Of a stretch of 64,000 nucleotides of DNA, positions 1 to 13,800 are shown piece by piece. Source of the stretch: Balanoglossus misakiensis. Its lineage: Eukaryota > Animalia > Hemichordata. Numbering within the stretch: the first letter of the stretch is position 1; every line of letters begins with the position of its first letter. The position numbers and the translations under genes were made by a program. Location: contig CM082584.2 of NCBI GenBank assembly GCA_040954595.2, positions 12,685,166-12,749,165 of the forward strand. Reading direction: 5' to 3'. The notes beneath the pieces were generated by a model. It was not told the DNA's origin. It did not search any database and saw nothing but the letters and a program-made list of their open reading frames with translations.

Positions 1-2380
1 GTTTCAGTTTAAAAGTCTCGTCTTTTTAATAAAGTGATGTCGTGTGCGACTTTGCCCTGCCGGTACAACTGTAACAATTTATTGGCGGTATTCATGTACG
101 TACATGCCCCGTGCCCATCGTCGCCCCCATTGTGCAAAGTCTTTGTGTTATCACAGCATTTTTTTACCCCAAGGAGTTAGATTTTTTTTTTTTTGCCGGG
201 CCAACGCAGTGAAGTGAAACAGGAACCCTCCATAAAAATGACAAAATGGTCACTTTGTACTGATAACGTACATTTTAGGAGTTCCGAGGAATGGAAGAAG
301 GTTCTGTGAGAAAAAAATTAAGTAATGATATAGACTGTTGGCCACCTGGCATTAATGGAACTTTTGTGCTTTATCAAGTTTGAAAGGAGTTTTAAAATTG
401 CGAAAAAAGGACGAAATGGCATTTCAAACACTTTCTTTTCCATCTAAGACTGCAGAAGTGTGAAAATTATAAATTTCATTAAATTAAAACCTCAAGAAGA
501 TTTCATGCATATTGGGAAGGGTTTCTGCAGGTCATGTGACAATAGCTTAAATCAACTGTTGTCAACTTCAAAGAAATGTGAAATCTTTATTAAGAGACTT
601 AAAGAGACAACTAGCACTATGCAAAGGTGTCTGAAACTAAAGTAAGCAGAAAACAAAGAGTATTGTTATCTGTTTTGACATTCAAGGACACATCCCCATG
701 GATGCCCCACTCTGAGACAACACTGTTGTGTTTGCTGAGACAAAAAAAGTAATGGCGGCTCCTTAAAGAAGTTCCCAAGGATTAATTCTGAATGGTGTGG
801 TGATATTTTACATTCAGGCGGCCAGACACTGCATTTGGAACATGTCAGAACAGAGTGGTTTTTAAAAGATAAGTTGGGAGATTGTTAGGTTGCAATCAAG
901 TGACAGATTATAAGTACTGTAGTAATTTAAGACAAATATATGGCACTACTATATTGCTACACCCAGTACTATGTCTAGACATGCGGTTTTGGCACAAAAT
1001 GAGTTTGAATTTTGCCAAAATTGAAAGTAAAACTGAGTAAGCTTTCACTTCCAATCCTGGCTATGCAGGCCAACTTTTATGCCCCAATTTTAGGGGGTTA
1101 GTAGGTCACACTACCCACTGCCAACAAAGGGAAGCCCTCTCTATGTGTTCAAGCATTAATTTGTAAATAGAAGTAGGCAAGTGTCCAAAAAGAGAGAGAA
1201 TTGTCTACAGGAAACAATTCTGGCCCAGTCAGGAAGGATGCCAAGAATTGTCAGGGCATCCCCCAGTTGAACAATTGAAAGTTGGCAGGTCTTCACAATT
1301 ACCTGGGCTGAATTGGGACATAGGAAGGTAAACTCCTGAGGCAGAAGTGGTTGTGCTGCCGACCAAGTTTGAGATAGTAAAGCTCACTATGGGCCCGACA
1401 AACAGACGCACTGTGTGTATTTTGTCTTCATAGCTGGTTTCCAGGAGGGGGTACCACAGGAACGGTTGTGGTTAATATTTTACTTTACCGACCTTGTGAT
1501 CATAGATATGCACACACACAGCCAGAAGGCAGGGCTTGGGTTGTAATCCTTCTGCCGACAAAATGCTGTAAATGTCAGTGTCGCAAAGGAAGACATCCAT
1601 TCATCGTATCACATTCGCCACAAAGCTTGAGAAATCTCAAGGAAAGCATTGTGCCCCATTTGCTAGCTACGTGCCCAAGGAAAGGAACCCAATGATGAAT
1701 ATGCTCAAACTACCAAACAGAAGAGTGCACCATTCGAAGCATATCCGTGAAGTGTTTACGGTATGCGAAGTACGATAAATGGCAGAGTGCAGTGTACAGA
1801 TGAGGTTCTCTCGTCATCTGTGTTTTCAAGTTTTCAGTTGAAACGCGATACTGTTTTCCGCGGTTGTGTTTCGCTTCTTTCTAGCAATCATAGTGCATCG
1901 ACCGGAGATGAATGAATCGGGAGCCAATCAGGCGCGTTTTCGGCCCTCGTGTGTGATGTACGTTTATGCCCTGACGTTTGTTACGAGATGTTGGGTTTCG
2001 CAGTGCTTTATGGGATGAGAGAAATGATACTGCCCATAAATGTGTGTGTTTGTGTGAGAGAGGGCATTTGCCTTTGCCACTGAACTACTTCTCGCCACAC
2101 GAGTCTTCACGTGCACATGACAACCGAAAGCCTCTCCTGTACAACCAAAAACCAGTGACTGACAACAGTGACATTTTTGGACTAGTAAATATTCAAATCA
2201 AATCAAGTACCAGCGAGCATTTAACTACTATCCTTTTAAATTTCAAAAGAAACATACGGTAATAAAAGTTGGCCGTTTTTTGCCTTTAAAAAGTGGAAGA
2301 ATGGTATTGGTGTTGCTGAGTCTTAAAGATCTTTTGTGAGAGTGTTAACATCTGAATAGTAACAATCCAATTGATATCTT

Positions 2381-2463
2381 TTAACCCTTTCACCACCATG
2401 GTTCAGTCCAAGCCCATTGTTTTCTATGGTAAGGTTGGACCTGAGGGTGAATTAAAGGGTTAA
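2381..2463. mobile_element. Short MITE-like element with TTAACCCTTT...AAAGGGTTAA termini (piggyBac-like TTAA ends), copy 1
   Basis: Perfect 10-bp terminal inverted repeat including TTAA. The internal sequence is close to the reverse complement of 10019-10080. Confidence 0.65.
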
Positions 2464-2691
2464 ATCTTGGTCCAGAGGAACTCTGGACTTGTTTCTGTGA
2501 ACATCATGAAAGCTGAATAGGACTTTATCTGTGTGGGTGTATAGTCCTTTCAGATTTCCAATTCACATTCTTTGTGTGACAAGTTACACCCACATTCTGT
2601 CAACTGTATCCTCCAAAACATACATGTACTACTGTGTCTCCGTTGAGCCACTGGTACATGCATTTTGAGGGTGTTGATCATGCTACTTCCA

Positions 2692-2705
2692 GTTGCCATG
2701 GTAAC
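2692..2705. promoter_or_regulatory. Consensus RFX X-box motif in the presumed NFI intron
   Basis: GTTGCCATGGTAAC matches the X-box consensus GTTNCCATGGNAAC. This is a motif match only. Confidence 0.3.
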
Positions 2706-5700
2706 AGATGTTCATTTGTTCACCCAGTGTGTATCAGGAATTTGGAAAGACCCGAGAAGTTCAGTATCCCAACAGAAAGCTGCAGATTTGTGAAGGAAGT
2801 AGTTATAAAATCAGTATTGAGAGATAAGGAAATGACATAAGGAAATAAAAAGAATATATTTGTTTCAGTTATCTGTTGGAATGTAGTCACGAGAACAAAA
2901 AATTGAACAATAGTAATTGTGGGTAGAATGTCAAAATTACTTTTAAAAAAAATCAGTTGATTCATACAAGTTCAAAAAGAGGAACTGTTTGACAAATTAT
3001 GTCCAGCAGAATATATCTAGCAACTGGAGACACAACTGGTGACGTGAGTCATTTCCTGTTTAGAGAGCATTTTCTGAGAGAGGTGTACATCCCGTCCCAT
3101 CAAGTGTTGAGTTTCACCTGAATTCTTGAAAGAATGACACAGCAGAAGAGAGATAATTATACCACATGACTAAGTGAGAGATCAGCTGAGCTGTGAACAA
3201 CTGTATGATGACAAAGCTGTATGACTACACAGTCACGAGAGTTGACTGGCAGTTTTTTTATAGACATCTGAACTGAGCATGCTCAGAATCAAAAAGGTTT
3301 ATCATCTTCAGGAATGACAAAGAACACTAAATTAAAAAGTGATTAGTCTCCGGAATGGTTTTGATGTCATGATTAAGTTGAAATGGCACACATTGATCTT
3401 CATTATTTAAAAGCATTTAGGAACATTTATAAGTGTATTTATTGTATATGGCCTCTGCATATAACTGTATTAATACCCATCTGCCTGAAGTGTTCTGCTG
3501 CTTGTTGGGTGTGACAAAGTACGCTTTCATTTCAACTTTAAAACAAAAACAAACTATTTTAGTCAAACGTTAATGATTATTGATGATAAGATATTGTTCT
3601 TTACATACCGGTAAGTGTCAATCATGAAACTTGTCAATATAAGATGGACTGGGGTCATAGGTCATTGGAGGTGACAAGAGAGGTCAACTCCTGCAGATAA
3701 ACTCTGAAGCTGGTGAGATAATACACCCAGCGCCTACTGTCACACATCTGTAGATAAGATTTTTATCAGTTTTTGTTTCAGTAACAACTGTTGTGACATG
3801 AATACAATGTATTAATAATGACAAATTTTGTAATGTGTCTTGAAAATCTGGCAAGCAATTTGCGTGAAGTTATTGCTCTTTCATGATGTAGATGTTTAGA
3901 TTATTTATTCGTGGGCGCATGTGAATTAACGTTAGATCAATAAAGAAAGTGAAAATTTTTAATTCATAATTGATACGGCTGATGATGTAACCCAACCAAA
4001 ATAGGTGAAAACAGGAAGTTCAGGCTGCTTTAAAGGCATTTGCTGGAGCTCCTCCTATCTAGGCTTTTCATTGTTTTGAATACAGAACAAAGTTTACCCT
4101 ATAAAAAGCCGAGCTTGTGAGATAATGTTATGATATCAAGCAAGGCTAAAAAGGTGTAGTTTTAGGGGAGTTTGACAATTGCACATCTGTATATCAACTC
4201 AAGGTTATATCTGACATATTCTGTGCCATAGAAACTATTACTGGTACAGTGACTATTGGTGATAAGAAAGTCAAATATACCGACTAAATGTAATAGCTTA
4301 CAGATGTTTGTCAAGTGATCTGGCTTGAATAGCAGATGACCTTGTAAATTCTATTGTAAATCTGCAAGGTTTATATCCTCATTACGACGAAATTCTATTC
4401 AGTCATAGAGCATTAACAACATTCAAATCCTCTCAAAATCCTCTCTAATTTTATCAGTCAGTAGTATTCAAGCTTTTTTGTAGTGGCAGATTTAAAAAAA
4501 AAATTAGATTGGAAAAACATTTTAAACAGATTGTGCACATAATTTCTGTGTTGAGAAGCTAAATACTTATATCTGTTTAGGACCTGACAAGAACAGACAG
4601 GCTGAATAAAAATTAGCCCAAAGTTCCAGCTGGTGGAGTGTCAAGAATTTCATATTCAGGAGACATACAACAATAAATAAATTCAGTGCGGCCAGCCACA
4701 CAACAGCTGACAGTGAAGGTCACCACATGGCATTATTGCTTGGCGTGATGTCATAATTTTGAAGGGAAAAAAGGTTTCTGTCCTGTAGCTGTGTCAAAAA
4801 ACTCAACCAGGGTAAGAGATTATTTAAATTTAGTTAGGTTAGGTAGGTGTACTATCACAACCCCCCTCAACGACATAGTCCATTTGATTGATGTGATGCT
4901 CTGAATGTTCGTAATGTCGCAGCAGGTGTAATGGTTTCCCAGAGGGAGGCATATGAAAAGCTGTGACAGCCTATTGCAGTTGTTACAAAATAATGAATGC
5001 CCCCATAAGTATTGTTCAATCCCCAAGACTGATAAATCAATAAATGTCACCAATACCGGTCTATTATGGATGAGATTGTCGCCGTTTTCTATTGCTGTTT
5101 GTTCTAGATTGTCAGGTTTTTAAATAGCTTAGATTTCTATAATAAAAGGACACTTATAAGAGCTTGTCCAGGCAGTATAACTTTATATTAAAGTATGCCA
5201 TATCAATGAGTATTGATTTCAATAAATTAATATCTTTGGTTCTGCATTATCTTCATACAAAGGGTTTGTAACAATGTTCTGTAAACTGATATTGTTGGCA
5301 GAAATCTTTGGCCAAGGGGACAAAAATAAAAACGTGATGTGTGTAACTTTCCATGTAATCAAAATACCACTTCCCATAATCAAAACAGTACGAGTCTTAT
5401 ACAGTGATTTCGAACAAAATCTGAGGTGAATTCTAGAATTCTGATATTTCATATGTATTTACAAGGACGTGTAGAAGAAACCTTGAGAAACGCGAGGCGT
5501 ACAGTTACTGTTATGTAGGAATTGAGAAGCGATTGGGTAAAAAAATGGCAGTGTTTGTAAATATTCTTTTATCACATTCTGAATGTGAAGCTTTCCATTG
5601 AGGAGTTTGCAGTAAACATAAGTCGGGCGTAACCTTGAACCGGGCGGGTGTCACACTGAGGGCAGTGATGTCAGTTTACAGATGTGTGTCCTTGAGTTGT

Positions 5701-7803
5701 GATGTAAAATGAGAATTCCCAAGCCGCCAGCGACACCGGCCACCATTGCATTGTGTTCTGGGGGAGTTGGACCAAGTGAAAAACAAGGTATCACATGACA
5801 GTCATGTGACTGCTGTTAGGGGTTACCGCGGGACAACACATTAGCTTGTTCTTGTCATAGGGGCAGAGCAATAAATATTGAGGGGGCGGGGAATAATGGG
5901 TGTGGTAATATAAACAATGGGGATTATAGATCTGATAGCAAAACTTACCTAATATGACAGTCCACTTCACCATAAAAGAGAGATGATTTCTTCAAGTTTG
6001 GCCTCTTCATTATTGAAGTTAATCCAGCCCTTATCCAGGTTGATGGGAATCTCCTCAGGGACTAAACATACCTGGAAAATTCAAGTCAACAGAAATCATA
6101 GTTATTCAATTATATGAGTATAATTTGATGTGTCAATTTTCATCTTTGAACAGTACAACAGTGATGAAGACAATTGTCATGTTGATGTGTATCAGAGATC
6201 TGTGAGGTGTGTGTGTCCTACTTCCCGAGATCAATGACCATGGAAAATTAGACGTTGACATATTGGTAGAGTTGGCATACCCCCAACACAGATAGTCATG
6301 AATGGTAACTTAATATTTTACCAGCGATCAGATCATCACATGGTGATATTGCTATGACGATATATTCTTTGTAGAAATACTCAATTGGAATTGTTATACA
6401 ACTATGATTCCATAGTTCAAGTAATTGGAGGGTCGATGTCCTCAAAGTAGGGCAAGAATGAGATAATAGTCATAAAGGAGCCCTGGCAAAACATGTGACC
6501 ACTTAACCCAGTAAAACAAGCTAGGGCATGTTTTTATTTGAATTCTTAAGTATAGCGGTTACATCAGATCATGAACAAAGCAGGGAAACCGACATTTAAA
6601 TGTAAAATTACTGAAGGAATTCTTTTATTCTTGTCAAGTTGTGTTAAAAACTCTGTGTTTGAGATTGCATGGCGTAGTGCCGTAAATACCGGTCGAACCT
6701 GACAAGTAATAACAGGTGTGCATTTATTTGTTGGCCGTCCACCAAGATGTCGTAATTTGCTTTCCGGTAATAATGTAACCAATAATTTCTTGGAACTTGC
6801 TGTTACCATGTTTTTCACACCCCCATCCTGTAACTTTATCCGACATTTCCTTTGGTGATTTTGTAATTGGTAGTTTGTTTATGATGGCGTTTCCTGCTAT
6901 CAGTTTCAACTGGATGTCAAACCCAGGGACACTACTAGTACATCGCCTGCTGCATATCTGCGGGTGGGTGTGTGTTGACTGTGGCTTGGCGGTCAATGAT
7001 TGCTGTGTTTATATACAAGTCATTGTTTGAAACTACTCTCACTGACATGAACAAGTTTTTTCCGACTGATTCCCAGTGATGCGGGAAAGAAGTTTGAGAT
7101 TCTGTGCGCCTGAGAATACTTGAAAACATGCACGGAATGTTTCGTGATGTACTAACCTTAGTTCAGGTGACCTTTACCACACAAACTCAAGAAGGCAGTT
7201 GTAAAAAAATATTTTAGAAAACAAACATGAGGGTACCACTTTGAGCAGGCTACAAACAATCTCCAAAGTGAACTTTGACCCAAGATAGCCATTGTCCACA
7301 GTGATCCTCATTGCCCTCTCATGTAATTGTGAGCTGACCCCTGACCTTAAGATGATCAGAGGTCACGCATGTTTCTGGGTCAGCAAGATCACCTTGACAT
7401 GCTAATGGGGACAGTTCCATTGAGTACAAACAATACCATGTGCATATGTAGGTATCACATGATCTGATCTTTGTAACTTTTGGAACTGTTATGAGGGGCA
7501 GGTCATTGACTGCGGGAACTTTTACATGGACAAGGGTCTTCTTACTCATTTGGGTTACAAGAACTTTAAACCCATGATAAGAATGAGATTTATGATATGT
7601 GATACACAACAACAATGATGCTGTATTTAATATTTTACTATACATATAGTCATGTAGAATTTGATTGCCAAAACTTTACCTGAAGTAGACTTGTTCTATA
7701 GTTATTTTAATATATGTACCAATATAATAATTATATGAAAATCAACATTTTTCCTCTTTTAAAGATTCTTTGACGATTTTGTCTTTCTTTCTTTTAATTA
7801 CAG

Positions 7804-10800
7804 AAAACATCCCTGTGTCGTGCGGTGTGAATTTATCCATCCGAAGTAATAGCGATCCTGATGTCGCAGGTAATTAATCTTTTACTATGCAAGATTTCCA
7901 TCAATTTACATTAAAGGGACAAAGTTGTTGGGTGGCTTTGTCCCTTTAAACATCCATGTATCTGACTATCAGCAATTGCAGAAGAAGACTGACAACAACA
8001 TTGACTTGTTAGGCACACCTGAGGCTGTTACTAAGAATAGCAGCCCAGGGGATCTGACCTTACATCTTGATGGTTGGGAATCAAATTCCGACCAGCTGAT
8101 GGCTTCCTCTCTCAGCTACGTGCGTCTTTCCTTTTCATGTAAATGCACAGGGTTTCTACATTACTGTGAGACAACAGAGGCTAACTATAGGTAGTCTAGT
8201 GTCTAGGTCTGGCATCTTTTCATTTGAACATTGTCGAGAATAAAATCACACCGTGAATTTTATCAGTGTAAAGTGGCAATGTCATGCAGGGAGATTTTGG
8301 TGCAGATATGCTGCACTGACTAGACCAGACTTAAAAATGTCAATGTTTTCATTTGCAAGGGGTCCACTTTCTAGATTTTGTGGAACTGAAACAAGAAAAC
8401 TGGAGTGACATCAGTTGCAAATACTGACTTGTGTGGAATTTCATTCCAGGAATTTATTAGTTTGAATTGACAAGATGTTTGATACAGAGGAAAGTCTATT
8501 TATGTTGATTGGTTCACTGAAATCTTAGATGTGATCTTGGTGAGCACGAGCTACATCTCGCAGTTGTTATTATGAAAGCTATCATTACGAAGAATACTTA
8601 GAAATGTTCAACGAGTTCCCCAGACCCGTGAAAATTAAAATGATCCTCAAGGTCGCAATTTTCAATTGACCAAAACAGCCGACGGCTGCATCCATCCAAC
8701 ACTCATCAGATTTCCAACCGCTAATGAGACAATTGCAGTCATGGTGACCTCTAACATTCTTCCTGCCAGCAGAGCCCAGCCCTTCAAATTAACGGCTTAT
8801 TGTTTTGTTTGATTTCAACGAGGTCACAGACAGCGGCAGGTGCTCATTATTCCACAGATTAATATTCTGTTGTGGACATTTGCGATATTATGCCATAATT
8901 AGAAAATTATCAGTATCCACCCTCATGTCTGCAGTCGCGATGATTTGCAGCATCATTCCAAAGGGCACAATTATCCTCTCTCTGTTATTTTTTAATTGAG
9001 GAGGACATTGTTTAATTAACATCATTGATTGAGTGCAGCGACTGAAATGTGTTTGATTCTGTCGCAAGGTCAGAGATAATTGCTTGGGTGGACGTTTTCC
9101 TGACTGAGCTGAGATTAAATGGCTTCCATTTGGGATTTATTTACTGTATGCTATCATTGTCCTCCACAATTCCATTTCGGAATTCGTTTTGTGTTATTCC
9201 AAAGATTCCAAGGATCTTGGTAAAATATATTTCTGACTAGAGCTGAACTGATACATGAAAATAAATTTTGACTGGCTTTGAGAAAGTGTGAATTACTAGT
9301 CAGTAGGAAATGCCATCGATTATCCAGGTGTAGACAGTCTATGACATTCTCCCATGATGCTTTTCACTTTCCATAACCACCTGATTTAAAAAAATATGGC
9401 AATATTTTAGGTTAAGTTATTTTTGTATGTGAGATTAAAAGTTCTCTGACATTGTCATGCCTGCATTGGAACGTTACATGGAGGTATACTTCAATCTGCA
9501 TATGATACGATTGATTTACTGATTAGAGCATTCCAGTGATCGAACATCATGGCACCATCCCTGAGGAAATTAACACCAAATGGACTTAGTCTCAGTTTTA
9601 TGCAAATTGGGCAGATTCCTATTTCAGTCATCACAGTGACAATGTGTCAAAGTCTGTTTCATGTTGATTTCTCACTTTGTGGTTTTGTTTTCCAGTTATG
9701 AATGGACACTGTTCCGTGGAGAATTTTTGCTCAAGTGGAGTGTTCTCAGCACAAGAACTTGTCCGTATTACAAAAAGTAAGTCAACAATCAAAGTCCTCT
9801 GTGTATGGAACCTTCCCTCCCAGGTTTCTGGTCAGAACACCAACTCTATTTTCCCCCACTGCCATTGTACATTTTGCTGGCCATGTGGTACAGTACCCAT
9901 TAAAATATTTTTGCTCCTTTTTGGAACCTTAGACCCACTGTGTAAGTTAACTTACATACCTTTACAACAGAAAGCATTTTACATCTTTAACCCTTTCACC
10001 CCCAGTACCCTCTTTAAAGGTCCAATCTTACCATTGAAAACAATAGGATTGGACTGATACATTGTGGTGAAACAGGGTTTTAAAAAATTCAAAACACTTC
10101 TGTGAAACAATGATGACAATCACAAAAGCGTGCCATACCAGTCACACACTTGCTGAATGTGATCGTTCATTGTTTGAACTGGACATTTAACATGTGCATG
10201 CGTGTAGGAACCAGGCAAGCGTGTAGTTCTGTCATGCATTTTCAAAGTGTTGAAACTTTTGTGCAGGCCGTTTGAGTTACCATGCAGTTTAGATTGATTT
10301 GAAAAGGGAGCGTGTGTTTGCACTCATAAAATCTCACAAATTTTAACTTTCTAGTGGTGCCTCACATACTGAACAGAACAGATTAGAAATCAAGCACTGT
10401 ACATGACATTTCGAAATTACGTTCTTTGTGATTTGTACTTTATTGTTTCGTCATTGTTGGACAGAGTTATAAATCTGTATGTCTCAATAGTTCAGTATTC
10501 TCACTGGCCTTTTTACTCTTAATGGCTTTTCTGTTAATTGCCGGCAGAATGACTAATTGTATTCAACACTTGGATAGACTTTCAAAGAAGTGAAAATCAA
10601 GTCACTTTGCGGCTTCATTTCAGACACGCCACATCATGTTATAATCACGCTTCATCGCACTAAGTAGCGAAAGACAATCAAAAGACAATGAGTGATGAAC
10701 GTTAAGAAAAATATTGTCACAATCATTGACTGGTAGAAAGGGGTTCTTTAAAGTGGCCTTTATGTTTCTTTGGGGACAAAACCACTGCTGTGTGGTAATT

Positions 10801-13800
10801 TTTTACAGAAAAAAGAAGATGTTGAAATTTGTGCTTAGTTCTTTACAATACATGCAATTAGCAGATGTTGTCTGAGATAGACGAATGATGAGATTTACAA
10901 CTCTGGCAGAGAGCTAGCTCGGCCAACAGGTGTTTGTTGTGAAGCTAAATTAACTACCCTCTACCTTGGGATGGCTTTAATAAAGTTGAAATACAGCTGA
11001 TTTCAGTCGAGCATAGAAAGGGTTTAAGGCATTGCCACAGCTGGTACATGTTTGCTGTTTTGGTTTGGTTTGAAGGCTTGATGGAGTTTGACTAATTTGA
11101 TTGAGTTTTGTTTTTGTAGATCCTATCATGGAGACGAATGGTGCACACAGATTGTCAACCCTTGGCGAGCTGGAATCGCCAGCGTTCTACAACTTTGGCG
11201 TCGACCAGAACATGCCACGCAACCTGGGCGGGCTGAGACGCAGCCTGCCCGGTTCGCAGCCGCAGAATCTGAAGCGAGTGAAGAGAAACTCTAGCACCAT
11301 GTCTGCAGAAGATGATGCAGACAGCGTTGGAGAGGAAACAGAGAATGTCAATTACTATGGCCGATCGCCGGCATCAATGTCCAGTCAGTCGTCCAGCTGG
11401 CAAAGTGACGTTGATCCAGGTATGGGCTGTTTTTACATACACTGATGGATAATCCAAGAATCTTTAGCACACCTGATCCTGTCACGTACAGTACAGCGTA
11501 TACTGTACTTGAAAATTGCTAGAAAAAATAAACGTTGTTTGTTTTGCCTTGTGAATAGTACAAATTTTTGCTGGTTTAATTGTGTTTGTTTTGCAAATAG
11601 AAAAGCAATATGTAATTGCGTGAAGGACAAATTAATGGAAAGCTGCATAACAACAATGGCCTTTACTCAATTTGCAAGTAATCTAATATGGAATTGAGTT
11701 GGTGTCTCAAGGTTACATTAAAATTGCATCAAATTGATAAAATCTTGAAACTAATCCTGAATATTAATTTGACAGTGAAAAGCAATTTGCATGTTGTCAT
11801 TATTCACTGGGCGGTATGAACATTGATACATTAATCCCATCTGTGTCAGGCTGATGGTCAAGAGATAATGAGATATATTATTTCCCATATGGATCGGTCT
11901 CAAATAAAATGTAGACATGCTTCTAATGTGTGTGATGCGATATATATTTTTTTCATAGCAGGGGCAAGTCCTGCGTTGCCATCACCAAACGTAGCACATG
12001 CAACCAAAGTGAAGACAGAAAAAGCAAGTAGTTTTACACAGACGGCCAACACACACCAGACACACAGTCCACATGCCGCAACAGCTCCTCAAGCGATGAC
12101 CGTTGACGGCCAGCATAGAGTACAGACCGCGACAAGAGTGCCAGGTAAGATTGCAAGGCTGCCCTCAGTTGTAATCAATAATGAATGCTTTTGTTTTTAA
12201 CAGTGATCTTATGAATACACGCCTCTACTCAGAAATTATTTCAGAAGACATTTATACATGTACATATTGATAACCTGTGAACTCAGGACACATCTAACTT
12301 ATATTCTCCAAACGATTACATCTTCCAAACAACAAACAATTCTGACATTTATTCCTTTATCGGCAGCAGCATCGTATGGAAATTCCCACTTTCAACCAGC
12401 CGGATACTATCAACAGTACCGCCTACAACCCACTTCAGATACACCCCTCTCCGACTTCGTGCAGTTAGTATGTCAAGATGCAGCTAACCAACAAGCCAAT
12501 CAGCAACAGGTACGGTATTGAAACTCTCTCTTTAATGCCACGGTTGAAGGGTCATGCTCATTACTAGGTAATTCAAGTATGTTCATCTTTTTCTGTTTCT
12601 TGCTGAGCAGCAAGGAAAAGTCTCTACTGGAAGCGTCATATCAACAAGCAGTACATCTCACACATCAGGATTCATCCCAGTTTCTGTACAGTCAACCATC
12701 CGAACATTACCCCTTGATTTGATCTACCACAATGTAAGTATATTGGCTGAAGTGGCAATCTTCTATCAACATTATTTTTGGTTATAGTGTGTGTGTTAAT
12801 GAAAATCAATCATTCGTTTTCAGAGCAAAGCCACCAGTCTGGCCCATTCAACCAGCCCAACCAAAATAGCAGGTTTCATCCCGGCCCCAATGCTGCCACC
12901 CCCGCCACCACCACCTGTGGCACGACCTGTTGCTATGGTTTCTGGTGGAACCGCTCCCGTTGCCACCACCAATGCACAGAGTGTCTCGTCGAGTGGGCCA
13001 CTCAACACGACCGGAACAGAAGGTAAATCAATGAAGTGGTATTTCGGATATTCCAATTCAGATGACATATATAACAGTAAGTCTGCAGTGAGCAGTGCTA
13101 AAAAATAATACAATTTAACTGACTTGTTCTCACATTTGGTCCCGATTCTGGCCACTTTCAGTTACTTTCAACTGTATCTTAAGAAGAGTTTGCCTTCTGT
13201 AGCGATCGCACTGACAATAATATTGCTCTTGATTATATTAACCAGGGATTGGTGGAGGTCTGACAACCACAGTGTCATCCAGCAACCCTTCCAACAGTTC
13301 CAACACAATCAGTAGCTCTCAGTACAGTACACAGTTGACGTCCTGTCCATCCACACCCCCTGTCAGCAGAACCATTATGACTAGTCCCTTTACAGTATTA
13401 GGAAGACACGAAAACGGATTCATACACCAACAGCAGGTATGTTCAAGATCCATACGCTACCTGTCAACAACTACAAACAACAACAGGATGATTCCATTAA
13501 TGAAATAAACTCCCAACTCTACCAGAATACCTTCAGAACATAATAGGTAGTATTTGATCAGTTTTGTCCAATGAAAGACAAGCATCAGATATAAAGGCCT
13601 CCAACTTAACTGACATCTCAGATGAAAATACCCCCTAACTTAACAATGACACCTCACTGTTACAGCTTCTGCCATACCCAAATATCAGCCCTGTCAACAT
13701 GCAGGCCATCAGTCCAACCACAATTAGTCTGTTGACATCGCCAGTGGCAACACCTCGGACGACACCACGCACAACTCCCGTGCCACGATGGGCAACACCT

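Noticed and set aside
985-1075. TTGGC...GCCAA pairs as NFI autoregulatory sites
   Set aside because: The spacing is not the required TTGGC(N5)GCCAA.
460-7645. Short ORFs upstream of the first NFI exon
   Set aside because: No recognisable domains or phase-consistent exon chain; consistent with the large intron that follows the NFI DNA-binding exon.
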